A stretch of DNA of 61,295 nt from an uncultured virus (IMG/VR IMGVR_UViG_2049941000_000201) (IMGVR_UViG_2049941000_000201), one strand, 5' to 3'; counted from the first letter of the stretch, positions 47,175 through 58,000 are shown. The notes: generated by a model from the sequence alone, not told the origin. Made by a program: numbers and translations.

Positions 47175-47492
47175 ATGCAGAACCAAAACAACAAGACCGC
47201 CGACGGTTCCTACTACGACGGCAAGTTTGAAACCATTGAATACATTGAGCACGTAGTGGACGCGCTTGTTAAAAACGGGCTTGAACCAAAACGCGCCTAC
47301 TGCGTGGGGCAGGCGCTCAAGTACCTTTCCAGCCGCCTGGGCGCCAAATCGGACACCCCGGTGGAACTGGACTTGCAGAAGGCCGAAAACTACGTTTACC
47401 GCGCTTTGTGGGGCGAATGGATTGACCCGGAATTTTTGTGGAAGCCCGCCACGCCCAAGGAAGGCAAAAAGCGCCGCGAAGGGGCACGCTGA
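47175..47492 (+). CDS. DUF3310 family protein
   Basis: SYY..ETIEYI..YCVGQALKYLS.R.G.K..DLQKA..Y. Confidence 0.8.
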   Translation: MQNQNNKTADGSYYDGKFETIEYIEHVVDALVKNGLEPKRAYCVGQALKYLSSRLGAKSDTPVELDLQKAENYVYRALWGEWIDPEFLWKPATPKEGKKRREGAR

Positions 47493-47550
47493 CGCCCGTT
47501 TCGCGCCCATGCCCGCCTTGTTATGTGCCCAGGTGCAAAACGCCCGGCAC

Positions 47551-47596
47551 GCGCACGGAAACCGTCTTTGTGTCCCCGGCTTCCGTGCGTTTTTTT
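47551..47596 (+). terminator. Intrinsic terminator
   Basis: GCGCACGGAA...TTCCGTGCGT followed by a T run. Confidence 0.7.
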
Positions 47597-47601
47597 GTTT
47601 G

Positions 47602-47693
47602 CAAAATTTTACATAAAAATTTAAAAAATCACTTGCATATCTAGCAAATAAATGCTATATTAAGGCTATAAGCAATTAACAATTAGCAAGGAG
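47602..47693 (+). promoter_or_regulatory. Early promoter repeat, copy C
   Basis: Same -35/-10/leader repeat as copies A and B. Confidence 0.85.
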
Positions 47694-47700
47694 TTGAACC

Positions 47701-47967
47701 ATGACACCGATTGAAAAACTTGACGCCTACTTCCACCGCCACGATGGCGAAATTTTGGTGCCGTGCTGCGGCTGGCGCCCGGCAAAGCCCGCAAGGGACT
47801 TCAAGGCCGGGGACGTTATGGTTTGCACTGGCGGCGCAACGCAGGAAGTTGTAGAAGTTGCCCAGTGCGGAAAGACGATGGTTCACCTTTTTGTTAAGTG
47901 CGGCGACGGCAACGTTTACGATAAGCGCTGCAAGGCTGCAACCCTTTACGCATACCAGGAGGCATAA
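47701..47967 (+). CDS. Hypothetical early protein
   Basis: PAKPARDFKAGDVMV; directly behind promoter C. Confidence 0.65.
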   Translation: MTPIEKLDAYFHRHDGEILVPCCGWRPAKPARDFKAGDVMVCTGGATQEVVEVAQCGKTMVHLFVKCGDGNVYDKRCKAATLYAYQEA

Positions 47968-47968
47968 A

Positions 47969-48160
47969 ATGAAAAAGCACTGCGGACGCTACACTTCCAC
48001 GAAAACCGGAATCACCATGGGCTTCAAACGCTGGCTGGAGTGCATTTGCCAGGTGGAGTTCAAGACCGAACTTTGCATGACCGCCCCCAGCCTTTGGGCT
48101 GGTGTGGTTGACCGATTTGACCAGTACGTTGCGGAAGGGATTTTGGTGCCAGTTTTGTAA
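47969..48160 (+). CDS. Hypothetical early protein
   Basis: AGGAGG RBS. Confidence 0.55.
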   Translation: MKKHCGRYTSTKTGITMGFKRWLECICQVEFKTELCMTAPSLWAGVVDRFDQYVAEGILVPVL

Positions 48161-48163
48161 ATA

Positions 48164-48244
48164 AAAATTTTACAAAAAATCACTTGCACATCTAGCAAAT
48201 AAATGCTATATTAAGGTCATAAGCAATTAACAATTAGCAAGGAG
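48164..48244 (+). promoter_or_regulatory. Early promoter repeat, copy D
   Basis: Same -35/-10/leader repeat. Confidence 0.85.
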
Positions 48245-48251
48245 CAAGACC

Positions 48252-49242
48252 ATGAACCACGAAGAAATTATTGCCAAGGTGAACGCAGCCCTGGACGAAA
48301 AGAACCTCAACTTTGAAGCCAAAATGGCGGAAACCTTTGCCATGGTGGACGGCGTTTACGTGCCGACCGGCAAGTTTACCCCGGTGCGCACGGACAAGCA
48401 GGGAAAGGACGCCGTTATTGGCGGCGGCAACTTTTCCCGCCACCACACCCCCCTCCCAAACGTTGNNNNNNNNNNTTGACGCCTTTTCCTGCCTGGGCGA
48501 AATGGCGGAGGTTGCCGACATTGAATTTGTGAACGTTGGCTCCTGGGGCAACGGCGCGGGCGTTTTTGCGCAGATTAGCCTTGGGGAAATGGACGCGATT
48601 GGCTCCAGCGGCGACCGCGTTGGCAAGTACCTTTCGCTCGTAAATAGCCACGACGGCTCCCGCTCGTTGCAGTTGCTGGTGACGCCCTTCCGCTTCTTTT
48701 GCAGCAACCAAATTTCCAAGGCAATAGGCGACGCCGCGAAGAACAACCGCATTATTTTCATTTACCACAACGCCCACGGCGCCGACCGCCTGCGCGAACT
48801 TGCCGAGGCCATGCACACCGCCCAGGGCGTGCTGGAAAGCAGCGAGGTGGCCTACAAGCGCCTGGCGGACCGCCGCATTACCCTGGACGAAGCCCGCGAG
48901 GCCATGTTCCGCCTCTTCCCGGTGCCCGTGGACAGCCGCACCGGAACCACCGAGCGCATTCGCCGCACCTGGGAAAACAAGGTGCGCGGCCTGGTTGGGC
49001 GCTTCAACGATGCCGACGGCGGCAGGATGGAACGCCTTACGGGATGGAACCTTTACAACGCCATCCAGGGCACCTTCCAGCACGACACCAAAAAGACGGC
49101 AATGTACGAAAAATCCGTGCTGCTGGGCGACATTCGCACCAAATCGGAACTTTCCCTGGCGGTGGTGAACGATGTTTTGTTTAACGGCTACGCCAAGACC
49201 AGCGACGAAAACTTTGACCGCTTGTTCGCCAGCGTGGCATAA
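48252..49242 (+). CDS. DUF932 family protein (spans N gap)
   Basis: VRTD, NSHDGSRS..TPFRFFCSNQ and TGWNLYNA motifs. Confidence 0.8.
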
Positions 49243-49262
49243 TGTCAAAAGGAGAAACCAAA

Positions 49263-49874
49263 ATGGACCCGCGCAAAATTTTGAAGGACCTAAACTACCG
49301 CATTGAAACCGCCGAAGAAAACGACCCGGAACGCGAAAACGCAATCCGCCTCCGCGACCGCCTTTTGCAACGCTTTGGACTGCAACTTTCCGACATTTGC
49401 GATGTACGCACGTGTCGGGCTTTCGGCAAGTACAACTTCAACGAGACAATTATTGCCTTTCAATACTTCCGCAAGCGCCTGGGCATTGCAAAAAGCGGAA
49501 CTGCGCCCTTTATGCTGGAATCGTACATTTACGGCAATGCAGCCAAAACAAATCGGAACCGCATCATAGAAATAGACCTTACCGATGAGGAATACGCGCA
49601 GCACAAGCCCATAGTTGAGAATTTCGTGAAAATGTTTGCCGGGTGCATGAAGAAACTTGAGGCCGACCTAAAGGCGGAAGCCAACCGCAGGCGCGAGGCC
49701 ACCAGGTACGCATTTTGTGAAAAGGCCAACCTGCTGAACGACCCAAGCCCGGAAGATGCGCCAAAGAAGCCTTCCTGGGGCTTGTCCGAGGCCATGAAGG
49801 CGGCAAGGGATTTGGATGGGCTGGTGTTCCCCGAATCGCACCTTGGGCAAGAACTTAAAATGCTGCCGGGCTAA
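49263..49874 (+). CDS. Hypothetical protein (DUF2786-like N-terminus)
   Basis: ERENA...RDRLLQRFGL; AAGGAG RBS before MDPRK. Confidence 0.55.
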   Translation: MDPRKILKDLNYRIETAEENDPERENAIRLRDRLLQRFGLQLSDICDVRTCRAFGKYNFNETIIAFQYFRKRLGIAKSGTAPFMLESYIYGNAAKTNRNRIIEIDLTDEEYAQHKPIVENFVKMFAGCMKKLEADLKAEANRRREATRYAFCEKANLLNDPSPEDAPKKPSWGLSEAMKAARDLDGLVFPESHLGQELKMLPG

Positions 49875-49945
49875 ATTTTAAAATATGGTGTAAAGTTTTA
49901 TTAACAAAGCAAAAAATCCGGGAAATAAAATGTAAATTTGCGTAC

Positions 49946-50752
49946 ATGACGCTAAAGCCAAGCAAGCCGCAAAAGAAGTATCGGGCACGCACCAAGAAAC
50001 TGGGCGAGCAGCCCCTGCACATAGGGGACACCCTCCCGCCCCTTTCCGATGGAACCCTGCGCACCGCCGCCGACGTGTTCCCGGATTGGAAAAAACTTGG
50101 CGCAAGCATGGACGAAGTCTACTTTGCCGCCGAATACCTTTTGAACGGGTTCAATGCAAGCGAAGCCGCCAGGTACGTGCATCCGGAGGCGAGCCCAAAT
50201 AGTTGGGGCTCCTTCGGTTCCCAGTACCTTCGCCGCCCCGTGGTGCAGCAACTACTGAACGACTACACTTCGGCATGGCTGCGCGGAAAGGCCTTTGAAC
50301 TGGAACACAACCTGATGGAAACCCTGGAGGCCTTGGCGTTCTACGATGTGTCAAGGTTTTTAAATCCCGATGGAACTTTAGCCTTCAAGAACTGGAACGA
50401 GTTGCCCGAACCCCTGCGCCGCTGCGTTGAAGGGGTGGAGGTGAAGTTCTTTGGCGCCAACGCCCAGCGGCAGACCGTTTCCCTGCAACTTGCCAAGCGT
50501 GCGGACGCCCTTAAGGCCATCGCCAACTACGTGGCAATTATGCGGAACGGACCGCTTGCCCAGGGCGCAAGCAACGGCGCAAGCGTAAGCGCCGAGGCCG
50601 AACTGGTGCTGAACGCCGTTTTCAATTCCGGGCGCAAACTGGACCGCCGCACCCCGGCGCAAATAAGGGCTGACAAGGCACGCGAGGAAGCGCAGGCGGC
50701 TGACGCCGCGCCCATGCCGGAAAACGCCGTGTCCTTTAGCGGGTTGGGGTGA
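49946..50752 (+). CDS. terS: Terminase small subunit
   Basis: FAAEYL..FNASEAA..LRRPVV and LAFYD..K..AL motifs; directly upstream of TerL. Confidence 0.8.
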   Translation: MTLKPSKPQKKYRARTKKLGEQPLHIGDTLPPLSDGTLRTAADVFPDWKKLGASMDEVYFAAEYLLNGFNASEAARYVHPEASPNSWGSFGSQYLRRPVVQQLLNDYTSAWLRGKAFELEHNLMETLEALAFYDVSRFLNPDGTLAFKNWNELPEPLRRCVEGVEVKFFGANAQRQTVSLQLAKRADALKAIANYVAIMRNGPLAQGASNGASVSAEAELVLNAVFNSGRKLDRRTPAQIRADKAREEAQAADAAPMPENAVSFSGLG

Positions 50753-50755
50753 TGC

Positions 50756-52084
50756 ATGGCCTTCAAGTGGACGCCGGAACTTTTGTGCAGGGTTCGCGAT
50801 TACCCGCACCTGCTGGGGCACATGGTGGGCAAGGACAAACTCACCGAACTGCACTCCGATTGGATTAAACTCATTTGGGACACCCCGCCTGGCGAACACG
50901 CCAGCCTTATGTCCCATCGCGGCGCCTACAAAACCACCGCAATCACCGAATGCGGAATTATTTACCACCTGCTTTTCCACCCTTCCGACCGAATTGCACT
51001 AATTCGCGAAACCTGGACGGAAGCCGCAAAAACCCTGGACACCATTAAAAAGTACATGGAAAGCCCGGCAATAAAGTCCCTTTTTGCCTATGCGCACCAG
51101 GGAAAGGAGCCAAAGGCGGTTAAAAGCCCGGAGGGCAGCGTGCTTTTCAACTTCAAGCAAAGCATAACAAAGGAAAATTCCATTGACGCCTACGGAATAA
51201 ACCAGGTGCCAACGGGTTCCCACTACGACCGCATTTTGTGCGACGACATTGTGACCATAAATTCCCGGCTTTCCCGTGCAAGGCGCGAAATGGTGAAGCA
51301 GGGCGTGCTGGAAATTGTGACCAACATTATAGACCCCGGCAAAAGTTGCTTCTTTGTTGGAACGCCGTGGCACTACGATGACGCCTGGGCAATGAAGAAC
51401 GACGACGGGGAACTTATTATTCCCGAGCCGTGGAAGTACCGTCCCTCCGACACTGGCATTTTAAGCCCCGAGGAATTGCAGAAAAAGCGCAAAAGCACCA
51501 CCTCCAGCCTATTCGCGATTAACTATATGCTGGACGCAAGCGTGCGCGACGAAGGCCAAATTTTTGACGAGCCCATTTACGGAACCTGGGACTGGAACCT
51601 GCGCCCCACGCGCATTCACGCCCACCTGGATGCGGCATGGGACGGCACCTGCACCAACGCGCTCACCATTATGGCGGAACGCCCGGACGGGCTTATCCAG
51701 GCCTTCGGCAAGGTTTACCCCGGCACCTTTAACGAATGCAAGCGCGACGTGGCGGTGCAGTGCGCCGAACGGCACGCCCGCACCTTCCACATTGAAAAGA
51801 ACCCGGACAAGGGAATGGCTGCGGGCGAACTGCGTGCAATTCCCGGCTTCCCGGTTGTGCGTGCATACCAGGAGCGCATGAACAAGGACATCAAAATTGT
51901 TTCCTACCTTAAGCGCTACTGGAACCGCATTGTTTGGGACCCGAATACCGACCCGAACTACCTAAACCAAATTAACGACTACCGACCTGGGCAGGACCCG
52001 CGTGATGCCCCGGACAGCGCTTCTTCGCTTTTGCGCGAAGCCTTCTACAAGGGCGGCGGCGCTTCGGCACTTTACACGCTTTAA
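50756..52084 (+). CDS. terL: Terminase large subunit
   Basis: HRGAYKTT, TGSHYD..LCDD, VGTPWHYDD, HLDAA and DAPDS motifs. Confidence 0.9.
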   Translation: MAFKWTPELLCRVRDYPHLLGHMVGKDKLTELHSDWIKLIWDTPPGEHASLMSHRGAYKTTAITECGIIYHLLFHPSDRIALIRETWTEAAKTLDTIKKYMESPAIKSLFAYAHQGKEPKAVKSPEGSVLFNFKQSITKENSIDAYGINQVPTGSHYDRILCDDIVTINSRLSRARREMVKQGVLEIVTNIIDPGKSCFFVGTPWHYDDAWAMKNDDGELIIPEPWKYRPSDTGILSPEELQKKRKSTTSSLFAINYMLDASVRDEGQIFDEPIYGTWDWNLRPTRIHAHLDAAWDGTCTNALTIMAERPDGLIQAFGKVYPGTFNECKRDVAVQCAERHARTFHIEKNPDKGMAAGELRAIPGFPVVRAYQERMNKDIKIVSYLKRYWNRIVWDPNTDPNYLNQINDYRPGQDPRDAPDSASSLLREAFYKGGGASALYTL

Positions 52085-52098
52085 AAGGAGAAACCAAA

Positions 52099-53659
52099 AT
52101 GGGAATGAACCTTTTTAGAATTGACGGCTGGAAGAAGTTGCTCACGGGCTTCGGAATGCTAAAGGACAAATCCACGCAGCAGCACGGGCACCCCACCTTC
52201 GGGCGCCTTACCCCGTGGGAACTGGAAGTGCTTTACTATGCGGGCGGCGTGGCGAAGAACGCCGTAAACATACCCGCCGAAAGCATGGTGCAGCACGGGT
52301 TTGAAGTGCAGGGCGATGACGGTTCGCTTTACGCCCGCTTTGAAGAAATTGACGGCGCCAAGCAAATGGAACTCGCCCTTAAGTGGACGCGAATGCTGGG
52401 CGGCGCCCTGGTAATAATGGACGTTGCCGGGGCTGGCGATTGGGACACGCCCTGGTATCCGGAAAGGGGCGGCAAAATTCGCGGCCTGCGCGTTTACCCT
52501 TGCGAGCGCGTTATGCTGGGCGAAATGATGGTTTCCAGCATACCCGAAAGNNNNNNNNNNCGACGGTTCGCTTTACGCACGCTTTGAAGAAATTGACGGC
52601 GCCAAGCAAATGGAACTCGCCATTAAGTGGACGCGAATGCTGGGCGGCGCCCTGGTAATAATGGACGTATCCGGGGCGGGCGACTGGGATACGCCCTGGT
52701 ACCCGGAAAGGGGCGGCAAAATTCGCGGCCTGCGCGTTTACCCGTGCGAGCGCGTTATGCTGGGCGAAATGATGGTTTCCAGCATACCCGAAAGCATTTA
52801 CTTTGAAGATTACGAGCGCTTTGTGGTGCGCAAGGCCGACGGGAACACGTTCACCGTCCACGCAAGCCGCTGCCTTGTGTTCAAATCCGCGACCCCGGTT
52901 GACCCCACGTTCCCCGGCTGGCTGGAATATGAACGCTACTGGGGGCTTTCCAGCATTTACGAAGGCCTGGAAGACGCCAGGAACTACGACATTGGAAAGC
53001 AGGGCGTTGCGCACTTGATGCAGGAGTGCAGCGTTGGCAAGTACACAATTTCCAACCTTGAGCAACTGGTGGCCGAAAGCAACTACAAGGCGCTGGACAA
53101 CCGCCTGGAAGCCATGGACGAACAAAAGAGCGTTATTAACGGAATTTTCCTGGGCGAAGGCGAAAACTACACCCGCGAAAATGTCACCTTTGCGGGCGTG
53201 CCGGAAATTATGGACAGGCAAATGATGGCCGTTTCCGGTTCCTACCGCATACCCGTGACCAAGTTGTTCGGGCGCAGCGCCGCAGGCATGAACGCCACGG
53301 GCGAAGGCGACGATGACAACTACAACGCAACCATCGCGGGCTTGCAGAAGGTGCAGTTGCTGCCGCCGCTTAAGCGCTTGATGTGGTGTCTCAACTGCGA
53401 AACAAAAACCATCAAGGGCGAGGGCAAGAACCCGCCGAAAATTTGCATTGACTTCCTGCCGCTTTCCAAGCGCGACCAGTTGAAGGATGCCCAGGTGCGC
53501 GAAACCATGAGCCGCGCCGACCGCAACTACGTGGAAGCGGGCATTTTGCCGCCGGATGAAATTATACGCAACCGCTTCGCGGGCGGCTATAATATAGACA
53601 CCGCCGTGGACAGCGATTACGTGCCGGACTTTGGTGCAGGTGCAGAAACCGAGGAATAG
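52099..53659 (+). CDS. Portal protein (DUF1073-like); internal ~230 bp duplicated across an N gap
   Basis: RIDGW..LLTGFG, YWGLS and IPVTKLFGRSAAGMNATGEGD motifs. Confidence 0.9.
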
Positions 53660-53660
53660 C

Positions 53661-55430
53661 ATGGACAAAACGCGCAAGTTTGCAACCGCACTTTCCCAGG
53701 CCGGGGGAATAACAAAGGGCAAACTCCGCAGGCTTAAGGGCAGGCGGTGGAAGTACCCGCTTTCCCTTGAGTTGCGCTACGCCACCGCAATAAACCGCTA
53801 CATGACGAAGCGGTGGAAGGAATACATGGCGCAGGCCGTTGCCATGATGGTTCCGCGCAACGACGCGGCGGTTGACCTTGAACCCGCTCCGGGCGAATAC
53901 GGACCGGCGCTTGTCGCCATTGTTGGGCTTGCCCGCAACATTTCCGAATTTAACAAAAAGGAAATGGATGCCTTCCGCCAAATAGCGGTCGGCGATGCGT
54001 TTGTGCAGGACGAGCCGTGGGTTGCAAAAACGCTGAACGACTGGGCTCAAAACCAGGTTTCGCTAATTACAAAGGCGACCCAGGATATGCTTGACAAGGT
54101 TGCCGCCAGGGTGCGCACCGGGGTCAAGGAAGGCCAAACGAACCGGGAAATAACAAGGAAAATAATGTCCGACCTCCCCGGCATTAGTTTCCGCCGAGCC
54201 CGCATTATTGCCCGCGACCAGGCCTCCAAGTTGAACGGGGAACTTTCCCAGGGGCGCATGACGGACGCCGGGCTGGAAACCTACATTTGGGAAACCGCCT
54301 ACGACGAGCGCGTGCGCGGCAGGCCTGGCGGCAGGTACCCGCACGTCCTGCCCAGTCACTGGGAAATGCAGGGGAAAATTTGCCGCTGGGACGACCCGAC
54401 CGTTTGCCGCAGCACTTCGGGCGAATGGGAAAAGCGCCCGGCAAACGCGCCCTACAACCATCCTGGAATGGAAATAATGTGCCGCTGCGTTGCCCTGCCG
54501 AACTGGGACGAACTGGAAGAAGTTGTGCCAGCCGAGCCGCTGCCGGAAGTTGCGCGGCAGGTGGAAGTTCCCGCTCCCCCGGCTGTCCCGCAGGTGCCGG
54601 AAGTGCAGGACGCCGAACGCATACAAAAGAACGCCGAAAAGTTTGCCAAAACCCTTGTGTCCAAGGGGCTTGTTCCCGACGTGTACCTTGCGGACAAGAC
54701 GGCCGAAATTAAAACGGCGCTGGAAACCATGCCAGCGGGCTGGCGCAAGCACTGGATGGACACCTTTGAAAAGACCAAAATCTACAAAAAGGCTCGCGGA
54801 GTTTCTTCCTTTGATACGGAAACAAAGGCGGTGAAGTTTACCACCGCAAGAACGGCAACCCTATTCCACGAACTTGGACACGCCACGATGGACAGGCTGG
54901 GCGACCCGGCATGGCTTGAGTCCATGTACGCCAAACTGGAAGCCCGTGGAGGCATTCACGAACGTATCGCCCAAATGTACCGCAAGGGCAACGGGTACGG
55001 CATGAACGACCGAATGTTGCAGGTGAACCTTGGCAAAACCCTAAAGGAAGAATTTTTGGATGACTTTATTGCCAAGGCGCGGGCAAGCGGAGCCCGGACC
55101 GATGCGGAGCGAATGGCGTTTTTCAAGACGTTTATTGCCGAGCGCGGGGTTGGCTTTGACCAGGCCACGGCCTACGCGGTGAGCGACTGGATGTCCCTTA
55201 CAAGAAATTCTCACATGGGCTGGATGCACCCGGCTTCCTACGTGCGCAGTCAAGCCGCCCAGGCCGTGCAGTTTGGCTTTGAATACGAGGAGGCGCAACT
55301 TGCCGCGCTAAACGTTGAACTGGGCGCCGAATTGTACCAAATTGCTATAACAAGGGAGGGGCAGGCGTTTTTAAAGGCTTTCCTGCCCAAAACCATGGAA
55401 CGATTTGAAAAGGAAGTGCTTAAACTATGA
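53661..55430 (+). CDS. MuF minor head protein with C-terminal HEXXH metallopeptidase-like extension
   Basis: RARIIARDQ, YIW.T..DERVR and HPG..IMCRC (MuF); Pro/Glu linker; FHELGH and ELGAE. Confidence 0.85.
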   Translation: MDKTRKFATALSQAGGITKGKLRRLKGRRWKYPLSLELRYATAINRYMTKRWKEYMAQAVAMMVPRNDAAVDLEPAPGEYGPALVAIVGLARNISEFNKKEMDAFRQIAVGDAFVQDEPWVAKTLNDWAQNQVSLITKATQDMLDKVAARVRTGVKEGQTNREITRKIMSDLPGISFRRARIIARDQASKLNGELSQGRMTDAGLETYIWETAYDERVRGRPGGRYPHVLPSHWEMQGKICRWDDPTVCRSTSGEWEKRPANAPYNHPGMEIMCRCVALPNWDELEEVVPAEPLPEVARQVEVPAPPAVPQVPEVQDAERIQKNAEKFAKTLVSKGLVPDVYLADKTAEIKTALETMPAGWRKHWMDTFEKTKIYKKARGVSSFDTETKAVKFTTARTATLFHELGHATMDRLGDPAWLESMYAKLEARGGIHERIAQMYRKGNGYGMNDRMLQVNLGKTLKEEFLDDFIAKARASGARTDAERMAFFKTFIAERGVGFDQATAYAVSDWMSLTRNSHMGWMHPASYVRSQAAQAVQFGFEYEEAQLAALNVELGAELYQIAITREGQAFLKAFLPKTMERFEKEVLKL

Positions 55431-55687
55431 CCTTGGAAGAATACATTTTGAGCGAAAGTGTGCAGGCCTGGGCAACCGCCCAGGGATACGATTCTTTTTC
55501 CCTTTACCCAACGGGCGACCCGTGTGTTGAACGCGGAGGCAAAACCTACGCCAGCGCGGTGCCGCTTGAAGATCTCCAGGCGGCGCTTGAGTCCGCAGTT
55601 GCCGCAGGCGAAGACTTGGCACCCGGCACGCTTGAAGAAGAAGCGGAACCGGACGACGGGGAAATTTCTATTCCTAAAATAATATGA
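55427..55687 (+). CDS. Small acidic protein
   Basis: Start overlaps the MuF stop (ATGA). Confidence 0.6.
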   Translation: MTLEEYILSESVQAWATAQGYDSFSLYPTGDPCVERGGKTYASAVPLEDLQAALESAVAAGEDLAPGTLEEEAEPDDGEISIPKII

Positions 55688-55944
55688 AAGCCCCGCAAAT
55701 AACATTCCGCTCCCTGCTGGAAAACGAAACCTTTTGCGAAGCCTGCACCGCCAACGGGTACGAAGCCGGGTGGGACGATGAACTAAACGCTCCATTTTTG
55801 GAAGACGTGACCGGGCGCAGGTATTTCAAGCGCGGCCTTCGCGCCGCCGTGGTGCTTTCCAAAATCCAGGCCGACGGTGGTGCAGTTTCCCTTTCCGCCA
55901 TGCTTTCGGAGCCAGTGGTTGCCGAAGAAATGGATTATTTTTAA
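55684..55944 (+). CDS. Small acidic protein
   Basis: Start overlaps the previous stop (ATGA). Confidence 0.6.
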   Translation: MKAPQITFRSLLENETFCEACTANGYEAGWDDELNAPFLEDVTGRRYFKRGLRAAVVLSKIQADGGAVSLSAMLSEPVVAEEMDYF

Positions 55945-56099
55945 TTTGCTATTGCATTTTTAAAAAAANNNNNNNNNNTCGACGGGAACACCTTCACCGT
56001 CCACGCAAGCCGCTGCCTGGTGTTCAAATCCGCGACCCCGGTTGACCCCACGTTCCCCGGCTGGCTGGANNNNNNNNNNAAAAGAAAAAGGACACCGAA

Positions 56100-57269
56100 T
56101 TGTCGCAAACCCGCCTTGATTGGTGGGCTGATGGCATTGACTACGAAACAAGCCCGGCAGAAAAAACCGCCGAGGGCTTTTTGATTGCCCGCGCACCGCT
56201 TACCAGCATCGGGGTGTTTACATACCGCAACGCAGACGGGACGCCCCGCCACGAACTGCGTCTGCCGGAAGAAGTTTTTTCCGAGGAAAGCCTGGCAACG
56301 CTGCGCATGAAGCCCCTCACGCTTTTGCACCCGGACGGCGCGGTGACCCCCGAAAACATTGAAGAACTTTCCGTTGGAAGCGTTGGAACCGACATTTCCA
56401 CCGATTCATATCGCGTTTACGGCTCCGTCGCCGTGACCAAGGCCGACGGCATTGACGCGGTTGAAGCAAGAACCGCACGCGGCCTTTCCTGCGGCTACAC
56501 CTGCGATATTGAATGGACAAGCGGAACGTGGATGGGTGTGCCCTACGATTGCATCCAGCGAAACATTCGCTACAACCACGTCGCCCTTGTGCCCGTGCCC
56601 CGCGCAGGGGACGGCAACGAAATCCGCATGGATGGCGCTGGCACGCCCACGCCCCGCGAAAACTACAAACAAAACAACGAGGAAGATATGGACCTTAAAA
56701 CATACCATATTGACGGGGCTGATTACAAGGCTGAGCCCCAGGTGATTGCAGCCTTGGACAAGGCCGTTGCCCGTGCGGACGCGGCTGAAAAGGAACTGGA
56801 GCAGGTACGCGCCGATTCCAAAACCGCCGCTGAAAAGTTTGCCAGAGAAAAGGCCACCATTGAAGGCGAACGCGACACCTACAAGGAACGCATTGACGCC
56901 ATGGAAAAGGAATTGCCGGGCAAGATTGAAGCCGCCGTGAAGGGACGCATGGAAGTGGTTGCAAAGGCCACCGCCGCAGGCGTTGAAGTGCGTGACGACA
57001 TGGCCGAGGCCGACATTAAGAAGGCGGTTATCATGAAGCAGTTCCCGAACGCGGAACTGGAAGGCAAGGAACCCGCCTACATTAACGCACGCTTTGACTG
57101 CGCCTGCGAACTTGTTAAGGCCGAAGCCGAAAGCAAGAGCCGCCAGGACGCTGCCGAAACCCACAACGTGAACCCCTCTGCCGAGGAAAAACTTGAAGCC
57201 GCCCGCAAGGCATACAATGCCCGAATGGACAGCGCCTGGCAGGATGAACCCAACAACAAGGAGGCCTAA
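56100..57269 (+). CDS. Prohead protease/scaffold (DUF2213); start uncertain next to N gap
   Basis: TAEGFL, GVFTY, LSCGY and IQRNIRYNHVALV..RAG motifs. Confidence 0.9.
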   Translation: MSQTRLDWWADGIDYETSPAEKTAEGFLIARAPLTSIGVFTYRNADGTPRHELRLPEEVFSEESLATLRMKPLTLLHPDGAVTPENIEELSVGSVGTDISTDSYRVYGSVAVTKADGIDAVEARTARGLSCGYTCDIEWTSGTWMGVPYDCIQRNIRYNHVALVPVPRAGDGNEIRMDGAGTPTPRENYKQNNEEDMDLKTYHIDGADYKAEPQVIAALDKAVARADAAEKELEQVRADSKTAAEKFAREKATIEGERDTYKERIDAMEKELPGKIEAAVKGRMEVVAKATAAGVEVRDDMAEADIKKAVIMKQFPNAELEGKEPAYINARFDCACELVKAEAESKSRQDAAETHNVNPSAEEKLEAARKAYNARMDSAWQDEPNNKEA

Positions 57270-57271
57270 TC

Positions 57272-58000
57272 ATGGCTGCTTACGGAAACATGGACAAGGG
57301 TCTGCCGGGTCTTTTGGACGGGCTGACCGAAACGCATCAAATTGACTCCCGCCTTGCCGATGGCGAAATCGGCTTTGGCGTGCCGGGCTTTGGCGCTGGC
57401 GATGGCGCCCAGGTGAAGGCCAAGGGCGACGCCGCCCTGCTTGGCATTACCGCCCGCACCGATTACGACTTCCCCGGCTACCGCGACGGCGACGCCGTGA
57501 ACGTGGTGAAGACCGGCAAGGTTTGGGCAAAGGCTGGCGAAGCCATTTCCGCCGACGCCGAAGTTAGCGTCAACGGCGCGACCGGCAAGATTATCGCCAA
57601 GACCAGCGCAGCCGCTGGCGCCAAGCGCGTGGTGACCATCACCGCTTCCGGCACTAGCGCCGCCGACAAGGTTGTGACCGTTGTGGTTGGCGACAAGGTT
57701 TTCCAGTTGACCACCACCGCCGACGTGAAGGCCGCGAACGATGTTGCAGCCGCCATTAAGGCAGGCCTGGAAGCGCTGGACATTCCGTTTGTGCCGACGG
57801 TTTCTTCCGCCGTTGTGACCCTTACCGCAAAGGAAAAGGGCGTTGAAAACACGGCAATCACCGCCAGCACCACCGACGGCACGCAGACGCTGACGGTCGC
57901 GCAGACCGCCGCAGGCAGCGACCCGGTGCTGAACCCTGGCTGGCACGCACGTTCCACCGCCGAAGCCGCAGATGACCTCATCCTTGTGGACCTTGGCTAA
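57272..58000 (+). CDS. Capsid decoration/cement protein with inserted Ig-like domain
   Basis: IGFGV..Y.DGDAVNVVKTGKVW; Thr/Ala/Val-rich insert. Confidence 0.7.
   Translation: MAAYGNMDKGLPGLLDGLTETHQIDSRLADGEIGFGVPGFGAGDGAQVKAKGDAALLGITARTDYDFPGYRDGDAVNVVKTGKVWAKAGEAISADAEVSVNGATGKIIAKTSAAAGAKRVVTITASGTSAADKVVTVVVGDKVFQLTTTADVKAANDVAAAIKAGLEALDIPFVPTVSSAVVTLTAKEKGVENTAITASTTDGTQTLTVAQTAAGSDPVLNPGWHARSTAEAADDLILVDLG

Noticed and set aside
52318..52800. Apparent tandem duplication or split of the portal gene
   Set aside because: Near-identical overlap across a 10-N gap, best explained as uncollapsed alleles.
52099..53659. Anti-CBASS Acb1 annotation sometimes attached to this portal family
   Set aside because: No HxT phosphodiesterase domain is visible; the protein is portal only.
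55979..56069. Portal fragment upstream of the protease gene as a possible DGR template or repeat
   Set aside because: Flanked by N gaps, and its differences from 52838-52927 are not adenine-specific.
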